Source: Candidatus Bathyarchaeota archaeon (lineage in GTDB: Archaea; Thermoproteota; Bathyarchaeia; 40CM-2-53-6). From it: a DNA stretch of 64,000 bases. This document shows positions 18,174 through 27,987 of this stretch, piece by piece. Both the position numbers and the translations under genes were made by a program. The stretch lies in NCBI GenBank assembly GCA_963726255.1, contig CAVSBL010000002.1, positions 1,728,001-1,792,000 of the forward strand, in the 5' to 3' direction. The notes below the pieces were generated by a model that had not been told where the DNA came from, made no database searches, and saw nothing but the letters and a program-made list of their open reading frames with translations. Numbering within the stretch: the first letter of the stretch is position 1; each line of letters opens with the position of its first letter.

Positions 18174-19436
18174 TTAGCGCCGGGAAATTCTACTGTAAGC
18201 AAGTCCAACGGCGGCAATCACGAGAGTTACGGATATGAGAACTCCTACAAAGGGGAGGATGGCGAGTGAAATAGCTAGGGAAATCCATGGAAGAATTTTG
18301 CTTCTCCTACCTCCTCGGAGCAGCTTTACACCGGCAACAGAACCGACGACATAAATTACGACCGCAGCCCCGCTCGGAATAAGAAGCGCAGTCTCAAGGT
18401 CCACATTCAGGAAATAGAACGCTGCAATGACGGTGAGTGCAAGTCCCGAGAGGACGGCGAGTGAACGGCTTGGTGCTCCTGTTCTCTTGTCAAGATATAC
18501 CAGAAACTTCGGAAAACCACCATCTCTTGCAACTGAGTAAATGACTCTTGACATGCCGGTCATGTAGGCGTTTACTGTGCCGAATATGATGAAGACTGCA
18601 AGTATGGCCGTACCCGGGGCGCCATAGATTCCAAGGACGTTTGAAAGTATAGCCGCAAATGGCGCCACGCTCCCTCCCGCCTTGTAAGCGAGCGTACCCA
18701 CGGTCATGAACGCGACTGAAACGTATAGGGCGCTGACTATGACTACGCTAAGCAAAATGCTCCGGTGGAAATCCCGGTTCGGGTTCTCAAACTCCTCCGC
18801 CACGTTCGACACGTTCTCGTACCCAAGGTACGACCAGAAAATTAGAGCGGCAGAAACCCCTATCGGGATGAGGCCGTTGGGGAGAAAAGGAGAGAAGTTG
18901 CTGAAGTTCACTGAACGGAACGATGCGACCACGGTCGCTAGTAACAGCGTTACTATCGAAACCAACACTGCCAGCTGAATCTTGTTGCTTACCACTATTC
19001 CCCTGTAATTAATCGAGAAAGCAGTGAAGATTATCAAACCCGCGACTATGAAAATCTCCAGCCTGTTCATGGGAAATGCGAATGCCAAGTAAGAAGCAGC
19101 GATCAGTGTCACGGCAGGGGCGCCGGTTATGTACCACACTGCGAATAACCAGCCGGTCATGGAAGCAATGCTGTGCCCGAGGCTCTCTTTCGCGAATGAA
19201 TAGACTCCGCCTGACTCAGGCCTGCGGGCAGAGAGGGATGCAAAGGTGTAGGCGAAGGGATAGCTGGCTATGGAAAGGATAATCCATGCAACGAGTGAGC
19301 CGGGCCCCGCGATCTTCGCCGCAAGCCCGGGGAGTACGAGAACACCTGAACCCAGGACCGAGGTGACGTACAACGCAACCGCGTACCGGAGCGTAATAGC
19401 CTTGCGAAAGCCTTTACCCGAATCCTGCATGTTCAA
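18174..19436 (-). CDS. APC-superfamily amino acid permease
   Basis: LGSGVLVLPG, GGVY, FWSYLGYE, EEFENPNRD; about 12 TMs. Confidence 0.9.
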   Translation of the reverse strand: MNMQDSGKGFRKAITLRYAVALYVTSVLGSGVLVLPGLAAKIAGPGSLVAWIILSIASYPFAYTFASLSARRPESGGVYSFAKESLGHSIASMTGWLFAVWYITGAPAVTLIAASYLAFAFPMNRLEIFIVAGLIIFTAFSINYRGIVVSNKIQLAVLVSIVTLLLATVVASFRSVNFSNFSPFLPNGLIPIGVSAALIFWSYLGYENVSNVAEEFENPNRDFHRSILLSVVIVSALYVSVAFMTVGTLAYKAGGSVAPFAAILSNVLGIYGAPGTAILAVFIIFGTVNAYMTGMSRVIYSVARDGGFPKFLVYLDKRTGAPSRSLAVLSGLALTVIAAFYFLNVDLETALLIPSGAAVVIYVVGSVAGVKLLRGGRRSKILPWISLAISLAILPFVGVLISVTLVIAAVGLAYSRISRR

Positions 19437-19532
19437 ACACTAGCGAAGAGAAAATGTCCTCATTAAAGCGTTGCACAGGCTTGTGACTTCTCCTAGAAAT
19501 CACATGACACAAAGAGCACTCAGGCAAAACTC

Positions 19533-20312
19533 CTATCCCCTGAGAAGGCGACCTATCACGTGAACCGGCTTGGCGCATGCAACCGTTTCGATCTGCCTTA
19601 GACTTTCTTTAGTGACCGCGCAGAGGAGTACGGTAGCGGGCCCGGCTGATTTTTTCAAGTCAACATCTGGTGATTTCTCCAGCCTCACCAATAGTCTAGA
19701 CTCCTTTGCCAAAGCTTGTGCTTCGTGATAGATCCCATGAAACCCTACGGGAATCATTTCATGTACGAACGTTTCCTTTCGAATCTTGTACACATCACGT
19801 GTGTCAGCAAGTTTTCGATTTTTTTCTCCGTCCAGAACCTCTAGTCCCGCATGTGGCTCACCAATTGCAACGATTACATCTCGCGTCCTACATCGACCTA
19901 TCTTTAATGTGGAGGACGAGACGAGGCCGACTGCCGTCACCCCGATACCGGTTTGGCTAACTCGAACGTTCTTCTCGGAACTCCACAAGAATTGTAGGTT
20001 TCTGAGACCGGCATACCGAACCTCATCAAGGACTCCCTTAATGAGTTGGTTGCCGGTTGGCTCGGGCTCCACGCACAACGTCCCGGCCAAACTTATGGGC
20101 TCCGCACCTATGGAAAGGAGCTCCATTAGAGCGACCCGTGCAGTCATCTTGCCAACAATTCGCGGGTGAACTCTCACTATGTCATGTGGCTTTGAGCCAA
20201 TCCCGCCTGCCGCATCGCAACTCACAGCTAGCAATTGTCCTTTTTTCAGTCTAAGCAGTGTCAAGTCTCTCTTGGTATTGATCGGTGTCGACGCCGGGAA
20301 ATGCTTTGTCAC
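19533..20312 (-). CDS. cblS: alpha-ribazole kinase-like (PurM/AIR-synthase-related) protein
   Basis: RDLTL, SCDAAGGIGSKPHD, RVALMELL, SSEKN, QTGIGVT, KSAGPAT; GTG at 20312 overlaps the upstream stop; lies in a cobamide operon. Confidence 0.75.
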   Translation of the reverse strand: MTKHFPASTPINTKRDLTLLRLKKGQLLAVSCDAAGGIGSKPHDIVRVHPRIVGKMTARVALMELLSIGAEPISLAGTLCVEPEPTGNQLIKGVLDEVRYAGLRNLQFLWSSEKNVRVSQTGIGVTAVGLVSSSTLKIGRCRTRDVIVAIGEPHAGLEVLDGEKNRKLADTRDVYKIRKETFVHEMIPVGFHGIYHEAQALAKESRLLVRLEKSPDVDLKKSAGPATVLLCAVTKESLRQIETVACAKPVHVIGRLLRG

Positions 20313-20782
20313 ATTCTCAGCCTTCTTTTCACCGCAATGTAGACGAAAGAAGCCAGTATGCCGTTGATACTTGCCGCGAGGAACAGGAATGGGGTGAAGC
20401 TTAGTGTTGCAGCCAACCCCAGCACTGGGATTGCCAATACAACTAGGACCGTGTTTATGGCGACACCTGTAGCAATAGCAGGAATCATGCTCCATTTGCG
20501 GTTAATGAAACCAATTGCCCAACCTGAAAGGGCGAGTCCCAAAGCGATTGGGAAATGCAGAATCCCTAGTGGAAAGCCGTTGATAATTGCCGTCGCCAAG
20601 TGACCCATTCCAGATACGCAGAACCCGTCCAAAGGCCCAAAGTACAAAGCGACGAAAAAGCCGGGGGCCGAATCAAAAGCCACTGTCGGAATTGGACCTG
20701 GAAGATGAATGAATGACCCTACTACCGATAATGCCGTGAACGTGGTGATCCTGGCGAGTTGAAAGGTCTTTGGCTTGTTCAT
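20309..20782 (-). CDS. cblT: ECF S component, alpha-ribazole transporter-like
   Basis: TVAFDSAPGFFVAL and GHLATA...GFPLG motifs; directly upstream of the cblS-like gene. Confidence 0.72.
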   Translation of the reverse strand: MNKPKTFQLARITTFTALSVVGSFIHLPGPIPTVAFDSAPGFFVALYFGPLDGFCVSGMGHLATAIINGFPLGILHFPIALGLALSGWAIGFINRKWSMIPAIATGVAINTVLVVLAIPVLGLAATLSFTPFLFLAASINGILASFVYIAVKRRLRM

Positions 20783-20834
20783 TGATTCAGCTCTTCTCCC
20801 TCGTTAGCGCTGAATCTTGATTTGTTATTACGCA

Positions 20835-21470
20835 TCAACATTCCATTTTCGAGCACGCCGCCTCTGTCCGTCTCGGTTCTTTCCTAGCATGTTCCAATTC
20901 CTGAGGCGTGTTAACGTTGAGAACCGCATCACCCGATTCGATGATGAGTACTGCTTGGTCTAGTTCCCGTTCTCCAATGCGGCGTCCATCAATAATGTTA
21001 ATCCCGACTGCAACTAAATCGATGCCGTCAATCTTGAAGACGTATTGGGGTTTGGAACCTAGCTTTTCGTAGACTTCACGTCTTGTCATGACAGCCAGAG
21101 TAGGCTTTCCGGATCTGTAATACTGTTCTACCACCTTCTCAACTAGCTCAGCGGTGATGAAGGGAAGGTCTGCCGAAACAACCAGAACATCCTCGAGCGA
21201 GAGTGCCTTAATCGCAAAACGCATGTCTTCTTCAAAGCCGTCACCCGGCGTGATTACGAGTTCAGCACCCAACCTCTGGGCCTCGAGAGCTGAGGCGGGT
21301 GTGTCGTCGGTCGCGGCTACAACTATTCGGTCTCCAACGGATGATTGCCTGATCACTTCGACTACTCGTTCCAACATGGACTTACCCGCAACTTTCAGCA
21401 ATGCCTTCTCGACGTTGCCTCCCATGCGCGTCGCTTTGCCCCCAGCCATAACAAGAGCAGACAGCGTCAT
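20835..21470 (-). CDS. cobY: adenosylcobinamide-phosphate guanylyltransferase (archaeal NTP transferase)
   Basis: MAGGKATRM, EKAL, SADLP, GINI, NVNTP; overlaps cobS. Confidence 0.85.
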   Translation of the reverse strand: MTLSALVMAGGKATRMGGNVEKALLKVAGKSMLERVVEVIRQSSVGDRIVVAATDDTPASALEAQRLGAELVITPGDGFEEDMRFAIKALSLEDVLVVSADLPFITAELVEKVVEQYYRSGKPTLAVMTRREVYEKLGSKPQYVFKIDGIDLVAVGINIIDGRRIGERELDQAVLIIESGDAVLNVNTPQELEHARKEPRRTEAACSKMEC

Positions 21471-22225
21471 TTCAGGAACACCAAAACAAGCAGGAGCGAA
21501 ATAACTCGAGAGACTTCATTGGTTGCGCCCATTACGTCGCCTGTAATGCCGCCAAAGTGTCGTTTCGAAATTACGACCATCGCTCCGCCAGTGAGCACCG
21601 CACCAATAGTTAGAGCTAAGCCCGATGCTCCTAGAGAAAATATCGAAACGGCGGCAAGAATTACGAATGAAAGGCTTAGTCGGAAACCACGTTGCGCATG
21701 CATAGCTTCGACGAAAGCTGTGTTCATACCTTTGTGCGCGGATTTACTTACCGCCGTGGCGAAGACCATTGAGAATTTAGCGGCTACTTCACAGGCGACC
21801 AGGGCGACCACGATGAGGTGGTGTGGTATTGCAGCGATGGCGAAAGCAGTCGTAGATAGAACGACGAAACCTAAGGAAAGCCCCCCAGCACCAGTCGCAG
21901 GATCACGCATGACTCGCAACTTCTCCTTTGCCGACCCATGGCACATAGCCCCATCCCCAAAATCCAGTAAGCCGTCCACATGTTGTACACCATTAACCAG
22001 AAGAAGACAACCCAAGCCAACCATCCCCGCAACGAGCGGAGGGAAGAACAACTGAAACACCCACACGACCACGCCAACCAAGAAACCAACACCGGCACCG
22101 ATCAGAGGGAAAATCGGCATGTACAAGGCCGCCTGATTGAGCCCATCCTCGTCCATTCCAACGGGAAATATAGTCAAGAAGGCTACGGAATTTTTCAGGC
22201 CACCTAGCACGCTCAAGACGCTCAT
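21467..22225 (-). CDS. cobS: adenosylcobinamide-GDP ribazoletransferase (cobamide synthase)
   Basis: AFLTIFP, GVQHVDGLLDFGDG, MRDPATGAGG, FGGITGDVMGATNE. Confidence 0.95.
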   Translation of the reverse strand: MSVLSVLGGLKNSVAFLTIFPVGMDEDGLNQAALYMPIFPLIGAGVGFLVGVVVWVFQLFFPPLVAGMVGLGCLLLVNGVQHVDGLLDFGDGAMCHGSAKEKLRVMRDPATGAGGLSLGFVVLSTTAFAIAAIPHHLIVVALVACEVAAKFSMVFATAVSKSAHKGMNTAFVEAMHAQRGFRLSLSFVILAAVSIFSLGASGLALTIGAVLTGGAMVVISKRHFGGITGDVMGATNEVSRVISLLLVLVFLK

Positions 22226-22716
22226 CTTGCACCTTGTCTAAGAGCGTAAGTGTACATATTCGAAGAACACCCAGCTATGAGACCGCCGACAGCGTCATTT
22301 GTTATCGGCCCCAGTTTTGCTAAGATACCTGGCTTATTTTGGTCGAAGCGAACGAACTCGAAGATGCCCTTCGCACCCGCGATGTAGTTCGCAATCGTCA
22401 TCCCTAGAAGTTCATCCGTCACAAGTCCCGGACGACCCATGAACCTCTCCTTTGTGAGGTTCGGAATCAGCCCAGCCTTTGCGTCTTCTTCAGCGCGGTA
22501 GCATGCTACAACCAGCGTAGACACGTTGACATCTACCAGGGCATCCTTGAATTCGTTCAGAATAATCGCAGTCGCTTTTTCTTTATTCTCGACACCTGGG
22601 TGCGGGACAAAGAGCTCCAGCGCTGTTTCGACTAAGTCCACTAATTTTACGCCCCTTTCCTCTAAGTATCGAAGGAGCGGCGGATTCCCGATTCTTTCGG
22701 CACTGATCTCTGGCAT
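22222..22716 (-). CDS. cobZ: alpha-ribazole phosphatase, archaeal CobZ (PgpA-like)
   Basis: DVNV, DELLGMTIANYIAGAKGIFEFVRFDQNKPGIL, DAVGGLIAG; ATG at 22716. Confidence 0.85.
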   Translation of the reverse strand: MPEISAERIGNPPLLRYLEERGVKLVDLVETALELFVPHPGVENKEKATAIILNEFKDALVDVNVSTLVVACYRAEEDAKAGLIPNLTKERFMGRPGLVTDELLGMTIANYIAGAKGIFEFVRFDQNKPGILAKLGPITNDAVGGLIAGCSSNMYTYALRQGAR

Positions 22717-22775
22717 TTCGATGCACCGACAGTGCCTTATGCAGTGGTTGGATAATCCAACCAAGGTCCAATCCG

Positions 22776-23369
22776 TTGCTTCAAGGTCTGCGATTCAGCT
22801 CGAAACAAATCGCCCTGATTTCGACATTTATCGCTATTGGTGCCGTCGTCCGGCTTGTTGTGGACGGAGTTGGCGCATTGTTACCGGAGCCAGTGTTTGG
22901 TGCGCTAATCAAGGTTGGTATGAGCGAAACTCTAAGTTTCGTGGGCGGATTCGTTTACGGTCCCATTGTGGGTTTCATCATAGGATTCATGATAATACTC
23001 CTGTCCGACATCGCGGGTCCTTATGGCCCGGGCGCTTGGACGCCTTTCATCGCCGCCATCATTGGTTTCGTTGGAGTATGCGCGGGATTCATACGATATA
23101 TTCGTCCACGACCGACAGCACTTATGATGGGCGTTTCCGCCACAGCGCTAACGTTACTCAGCGAGTTCCTCCAGAACGCATGGGTTTCTGTGTTCTATAA
23201 TGTGCCATTAGCAGTAACTATGATTACTGGACTTCCCAGCATGACCGCCGCTTTGGCAAATAACATAGTTCTCTTTCCAACGGTCGGAATGAAAACGATC
23301 AGATTTATTCAGGAACATGGGCTCAACCTGCCGGAACCGAAACCAGTTCAGAGTAAAGTTGGCGACTGA
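22776..23369 (+). CDS. ECF transporter S component
   Basis: IALISTFIAI and GFVYGPIVG...LSD pattern; 6 TMs; divergent from cobZ. Confidence 0.75.
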   Translation: MLQGLRFSSKQIALISTFIAIGAVVRLVVDGVGALLPEPVFGALIKVGMSETLSFVGGFVYGPIVGFIIGFMIILLSDIAGPYGPGAWTPFIAAIIGFVGVCAGFIRYIRPRPTALMMGVSATALTLLSEFLQNAWVSVFYNVPLAVTMITGLPSMTAALANNIVLFPTVGMKTIRFIQEHGLNLPEPKPVQSKVGD

Positions 23370-23497
23370 ACAGTGTTGTTAGGCATACGTCATACCCAGA
23401 ATACGACATGAGCGCCACATCATCCCATGCTACAACCTAGGAATTGGGCGCCAATCAACACGCTACCTTTAGCACTTTTCTCAGTGTTCGACGCCGC

Positions 23498-24745
23498 TCA
23501 GTCTGTTTCGAGTAGAAGTAGTTTGGGATCTTCCAAATATTGCTTGATTGCGTTCATGAATTGGGCGGCCATGGCTCCGTCTAGGACGCGGTGGTCGAAT
23601 GAGACTGATAGGTAAGTCATGTCTCGGATTATGATTTGGTTGTCCTTTACGACGGGGCGCTTAGTGATCTTGTGGACTCCTAGAATTGCAACTTCGGGGT
23701 AGTTGATGATTGGTGTGGCGAAGACGCCGCCGATTCCGCCAACATTCGTAACCGTAAACGTGCTTCCTTGAATCTCGTCCAGGGTTAACTGTCCTGCTCG
23801 CGCTTTCTCGCTGAGTTTGGAGATTTCCTCTGCGAGTTGTGTGATCGATTTGTGTTCAGCTCCTTTGACGACTGGGACTACGAGGCCTTGCTCGGTGTCG
23901 GTGGCGATTCCAATATTGTAGTACTTCTTGAGCACAATCTCCTGCTTCTCGTCGTCTAGACTGGCGTTGAGGTACGGGTACTTCTTCAGGGCCGATACGA
24001 GGGCTTTGATGATGAATGGCAGGTAGGTGAGTTTTATTCCCCGTTTCTCAGCTGAAGCCTTAGCCTTCTCCCGCAAGTGGACAACCTCACTCATATCGAC
24101 CTCGTCTACGTGCGTGACTTGTGCGGTGCTGTCCCTCGACTTCACCATGTGCTCGGCAACCTTTCGCCGTATTCCCCGCATTGGGACGCGTTCCTCTACG
24201 CCGCGCGGCCCCGCGACAGTGACGGCTACTGCTGCGACTCCCTTTCCAACAGCCTTGAACCGCCTCACATCGTCGTCTGTGATTCTGCCGCCTGGTCCGG
24301 TTCCTTGAACGGTTGCGAGATCAACCCCTAAATCCCTCGCGAGTTTTCGGGTTGCTGGGGTTGCTAGGATCTCTTGCGCCTTCTTCGGGACCATTGCAAC
24401 GGGTGCAGGCGATGGAATGGGACCGGTCACCTTTGGCGCGACGGCTGCGGTGGTCTTCGCGGCTGTTGGTGTTGGTGCAACGGCCGTGGGGGCGGAACCT
24501 TGCTCTCCCTTTTCACCTATTACGAGAAGAACTTGGCCCACCTTGACCGTTCCGCCCTCCTTGGCCATGAGCTTTAGCACCGTTCCCTTCCTCGGCGATG
24601 GGATTTCGACATTGACTTTATCGGTCATTATTTCGACGAGCGGCTGGTTCTCGTTGACCTCGGCGCCTTCCTTCACGAGCCATTTTACTACTTCGCCCTC
24701 AGCGACCCCTTCGCCTATGTCTGGGAGACGGAATTCAAAGGGCAT
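23498..24745 (-). CDS. pdhC: 2-oxoacid dehydrogenase E2 (dihydrolipoamide acyltransferase)
   Basis: Lipoyl domain MTDKV, ATPATRKLAR subunit-binding domain, FDHRVLDG. Confidence 0.93.
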   Translation of the reverse strand: MPFEFRLPDIGEGVAEGEVVKWLVKEGAEVNENQPLVEIMTDKVNVEIPSPRKGTVLKLMAKEGGTVKVGQVLLVIGEKGEQGSAPTAVAPTPTAAKTTAAVAPKVTGPIPSPAPVAMVPKKAQEILATPATRKLARDLGVDLATVQGTGPGGRITDDDVRRFKAVGKGVAAVAVTVAGPRGVEERVPMRGIRRKVAEHMVKSRDSTAQVTHVDEVDMSEVVHLREKAKASAEKRGIKLTYLPFIIKALVSALKKYPYLNASLDDEKQEIVLKKYYNIGIATDTEQGLVVPVVKGAEHKSITQLAEEISKLSEKARAGQLTLDEIQGSTFTVTNVGGIGGVFATPIINYPEVAILGVHKITKRPVVKDNQIIIRDMTYLSVSFDHRVLDGAMAAQFMNAIKQYLEDPKLLLLETD

Positions 24746-24767
24746 CTTACATCAACTTAGGACTTGT

Positions 24768-25742
24768 TTAGAAGTTGTGAACTTTCTCAATCGCGTTCAG
24801 CACGCGGTTAGCGTTCGGCATGTATTCTTCTTCCAAAGCGTACGGAAATGGAACATCGAAACCGGCGACGCGAACAATAGGTGCCTCCAAGTGTAAGAGA
24901 CCCCGCTCAGCAATCTGTGCAGCAACCTCCGCCCCGAACCCACAGGTCTTGCATGCCTCGTGCAAAATGACTACCCGGCCAGTCTTCTTGACGGAGCTCA
25001 GGATTGTTTCAATATCGAATGGCATCAGAGTCCTGATGTCGACAACTTCAACGCCAATCCCCTTGGCTGCGGCCAATTCAGCCGCTTCCATAGCAACGTG
25101 TAACATTGCACCGTAAACGAAGACCACGACGTCATCACCTTCGCGCGTAACGTTCGCTTTGCCTATGGGGATAGTGTAATCTTCGTCGGGAACTTCGCCG
25201 CGGACTGTTCGGTAAATCTTCTTGGGCTCAAGAAAGATGACGGGGTCCGGGTCGCGCAGGGCTGAGGTAAGGAGGCCTTTAGTGTCGTACGGTGTGGCGG
25301 GGATGACTACCTTGAGGCCTGGGGTGTGTGTGAAGAACGCTTCAGTGCTTTGGGAATGGTAGTGGCTGCCCTTTATGCCGCCACCATAAGGTGTCCGGAT
25401 TAAAACGGGCGTCGTGAAATGGCCTCCAGATCGGTACCTAAACTTGGAGAGTTCGCTTTCGATCTGGTCGAACGCTGGGTAAATGAAGTCCATGAATTGA
25501 ATCTCTGGGACGGGCTTAAGCCCGTACAACGCCATGCCGATCGAAACGCCGATAATCCCCGACTCCGCTAGAGGGGTGTCTATGACGCGGTTCGGCCCGA
25601 ACTCTTGGAATAATCCTTCCGTGGCTCGGAAAACGCCTCCGTTGACTCCCACATCCTCGCCTAGTATCACAATCTTGTCGTTCCGCTTCATCTCATCTCG
25701 AAGTGTATGGTTTACAGCCTGAACGATGTTGAGAAGCGCCAT
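24768..25742 (-). CDS. pdhB: 2-oxoacid dehydrogenase E1 beta subunit
   Basis: GEDVGVNGGVFRAT, DTPLAE, EIQFMDF, HSQS; substrate (pyruvate vs branched-chain) not determinable. Confidence 0.93.
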   Translation of the reverse strand: MALLNIVQAVNHTLRDEMKRNDKIVILGEDVGVNGGVFRATEGLFQEFGPNRVIDTPLAESGIIGVSIGMALYGLKPVPEIQFMDFIYPAFDQIESELSKFRYRSGGHFTTPVLIRTPYGGGIKGSHYHSQSTEAFFTHTPGLKVVIPATPYDTKGLLTSALRDPDPVIFLEPKKIYRTVRGEVPDEDYTIPIGKANVTREGDDVVVFVYGAMLHVAMEAAELAAAKGIGVEVVDIRTLMPFDIETILSSVKKTGRVVILHEACKTCGFGAEVAAQIAERGLLHLEAPIVRVAGFDVPFPYALEEEYMPNANRVLNAIEKVHNF

Positions 25743-25745
25743 AAG

Positions 25746-26828
25746 CTACGCCTTCTCCTCCTTCTCTTCGCGAAGTTCACGAAGCTGTTCCTCAAGGTGC
25801 CACGGCATCTCGGCGTATACGTCCGTGAAGAGCGTCTCCAGAGCCGGCCGCGGCAACTTCTCGGCGTAAGCGACCGCTTCGTCTAATTCACGGTTAGCGT
25901 CCTCTTGCGCTTTCTTCTCGTCAGCTTCGCTCCAAATGCGCTTCTTCTCCAAGTACCTTCGGAACCTGACGAGTGGGTCGCGTTTCTGCCATTCCTCCAA
26001 TTCCGCCTGAGCCCGGTAACGTTTCGGGTCGTCAGAGGACGAGTGTGCCCCCATACGGTAGGTGACGGCTTCGATCAAAGTTGGCCCGCCACCCTTCCGC
26101 GCCTTGTCCACAGCTTCCTTCGTGGTTCGATAAACGGCTAGAATATCATTCCCGTCCACGCGTACGCCTTCGAAACCGTACGCTTGCGCTTTGATGGCTA
26201 TGGTTTCAGAGGCTGTCTGTCTTTCAACTGGGACGGAGATTGCCCAATGGTTGTTCTGGCAGAAGAAGACCGTCGGCGTCTTGTAAACGCCGGCAAAGTT
26301 CATGCCGGTGTGGAAATCATTCTCAGAGGTCGCCCCATCACCAAAGTAAGCCATAGTAACAATCGGGTCACCCCTCAGCTTCGCAGCCAAGGCCGCACCC
26401 ACCGCGTGTGGAATCTGAGTTGCTATGGGCGCAGAACCGGAAACGTAATTTGCGGATTTCAGGCCGAACAGGTTCGTGAGCTGTCGCCCTTTCTGAACGT
26501 CTTCCGCGTTGGCGAAATACTGATTCAGGAGTTGCTTGAGGGTAATGCCCCGAAGAAGCATTGAGCCTATCTCCCTGTAAGCTGGGAAAATCCAGTCCTC
26601 AGGGTTCAGCGCGTAAGCGCTTCCAACGTGTGCCGCTTCCTGCCCCATGCCGCCTATGAAGAAACCGATTCTACCTGACCGCTGGAGCTGAAGGCCGCGA
26701 ATATCCAAACTCCTAGCCAGAACCATAGTTCGGTAGAGTCGGCGTAACTCGTCTTTCGAAATTTCCGGCTCCATCTTCTCAACATACTCGCCGGTGGGCT
26801 TGATGACCTGCAGTAGCTCAAGGCTCAA
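25746..26828 (-). CDS. pdhA: 2-oxoacid dehydrogenase E1 alpha subunit
   Basis: GQEA, GDGATS...NN TPP motif, HSSSDDP. Confidence 0.93.
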   Translation of the reverse strand: MSLELLQVIKPTGEYVEKMEPEISKDELRRLYRTMVLARSLDIRGLQLQRSGRIGFFIGGMGQEAAHVGSAYALNPEDWIFPAYREIGSMLLRGITLKQLLNQYFANAEDVQKGRQLTNLFGLKSANYVSGSAPIATQIPHAVGAALAAKLRGDPIVTMAYFGDGATSENDFHTGMNFAGVYKTPTVFFCQNNHWAISVPVERQTASETIAIKAQAYGFEGVRVDGNDILAVYRTTKEAVDKARKGGGPTLIEAVTYRMGAHSSSDDPKRYRAQAELEEWQKRDPLVRFRRYLEKKRIWSEADEKKAQEDANRELDEAVAYAEKLPRPALETLFTDVYAEMPWHLEEQLRELREEKEEKA

Positions 26829-26945
26829 ACTCTAACCCTCTTGTGAGGTTGCCGGAAACGAACGAAAAAGCAGGTTTAGCCCTGTTAAATCTTGCCCTTT
26901 AGGCTACGGCGACTTGAAAGCAGATTGCTTCGGCGCTGTCAAGAA

Positions 26946-27878
26946 TCAATTGGAACGTTCCAGTCTCTTCTTGCGAATAAGTGCTTCAACAAAGAATTCC
27001 CCCGCCCTGTACGAGCTGCGAACAAACGGGCCTGAAGCCACGTACAAGAATCCCAGCTCCTCAGCCAAGCCCTTGTAGTAGTCGAATCCTTCCGGGCTCA
27101 CGTATTCATTGACAGGGATATGTCCCTTGGACGGCCGGAGGTATTGGCCCAAAGTCAAGATGTCCACATCTACTTCCCTGAGGTCTCTCATCGTCTTAAC
27201 AAGGTCACCCTCTGCCTCGCCTAGGCCGAGCATGATAGACGATTTCGAGTAGAGTCCCGCATTCAGGTCCTTGATGCCCCTCAGAACCCGCAGGGACTGC
27301 TTGTAGGTTGCTCTAGCATCACGAACCTTGGGTGTCAGCGGCTCAGTCGTCTCTATGTTATGGGCTACGACTTCGGGGCCGGCCCCAACAATTTTCCTCA
27401 CGTTCTCTAGGTTGCCTTGGAAATCTGGAATTAGAACTTCCGTGATTACGTTCGGGTCGTGCTGCTTGATGGCCTTTATTGTTGACGCGAAGTGACTTGC
27501 GCCGCCGTCGGGAAGGTCGTCGCGGTCTACGGAGGTTACCACCACGTACTTCAAGCCAAGGTCGGCGACCGTCTTAGCCACCTTTACAGGCTCGAACACG
27601 TCCAGTACCTCGTGCGGGTTTCCGCTCTTGACCATGCAAAACCTGCAACCCCGCGTGCAAGTGTCACCCATCAGCATGAAGGTCGCTGTCCCGCCGCCCC
27701 AACACTCCGCCATGTTGGGACAGTGTGCCTCTTCACACACTGTGTGAAGATTGTGGGTTCGAAGTTTGTTCTTGATCCTCTCGTAATTCTGCCCCGTCGG
27801 ATACTTCACACGTAACCACTCAGGCTTCGCGGCCACCTGAGTTTCTTGGATTTGCAAAACGTGTGAATACCGAGGCAT
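26946..27878 (-). CDS. lipA: lipoyl synthase
   Basis: CEEAHCPNMAEC, CTRGCRFC, VRSSY. Confidence 0.96.
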   Translation of the reverse strand: MPRYSHVLQIQETQVAAKPEWLRVKYPTGQNYERIKNKLRTHNLHTVCEEAHCPNMAECWGGGTATFMLMGDTCTRGCRFCMVKSGNPHEVLDVFEPVKVAKTVADLGLKYVVVTSVDRDDLPDGGASHFASTIKAIKQHDPNVITEVLIPDFQGNLENVRKIVGAGPEVVAHNIETTEPLTPKVRDARATYKQSLRVLRGIKDLNAGLYSKSSIMLGLGEAEGDLVKTMRDLREVDVDILTLGQYLRPSKGHIPVNEYVSPEGFDYYKGLAEELGFLYVASGPFVRSSYRAGEFFVEALIRKKRLERSN

Positions 27879-27987
27879 GACAAACCCAGATAGGAAGCTA
27901 GGGCGAATCCGCCCTTTTGACCTTTACCTTCGATTACTTCCTAGTTCTTAGCGCTCTACGTTGCCTCTCGAGGTCAACTGGCTAAGG

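Noticed and set aside
20313-20495. N-terminal extension of the cblS-like ORF (likewise 59068-59205 and 39675-39785)
   Set aside because: Overlaps upstream genes or promoter DNA; better starts exist at 20312, 59206 and 39674
21345-22055. Long antisense ORFs (e.g. 236 aa here; also 22526-23200 and 33996-34511)
   Set aside because: Shadow frames overlapping well-supported genes, with no recognisable motifs
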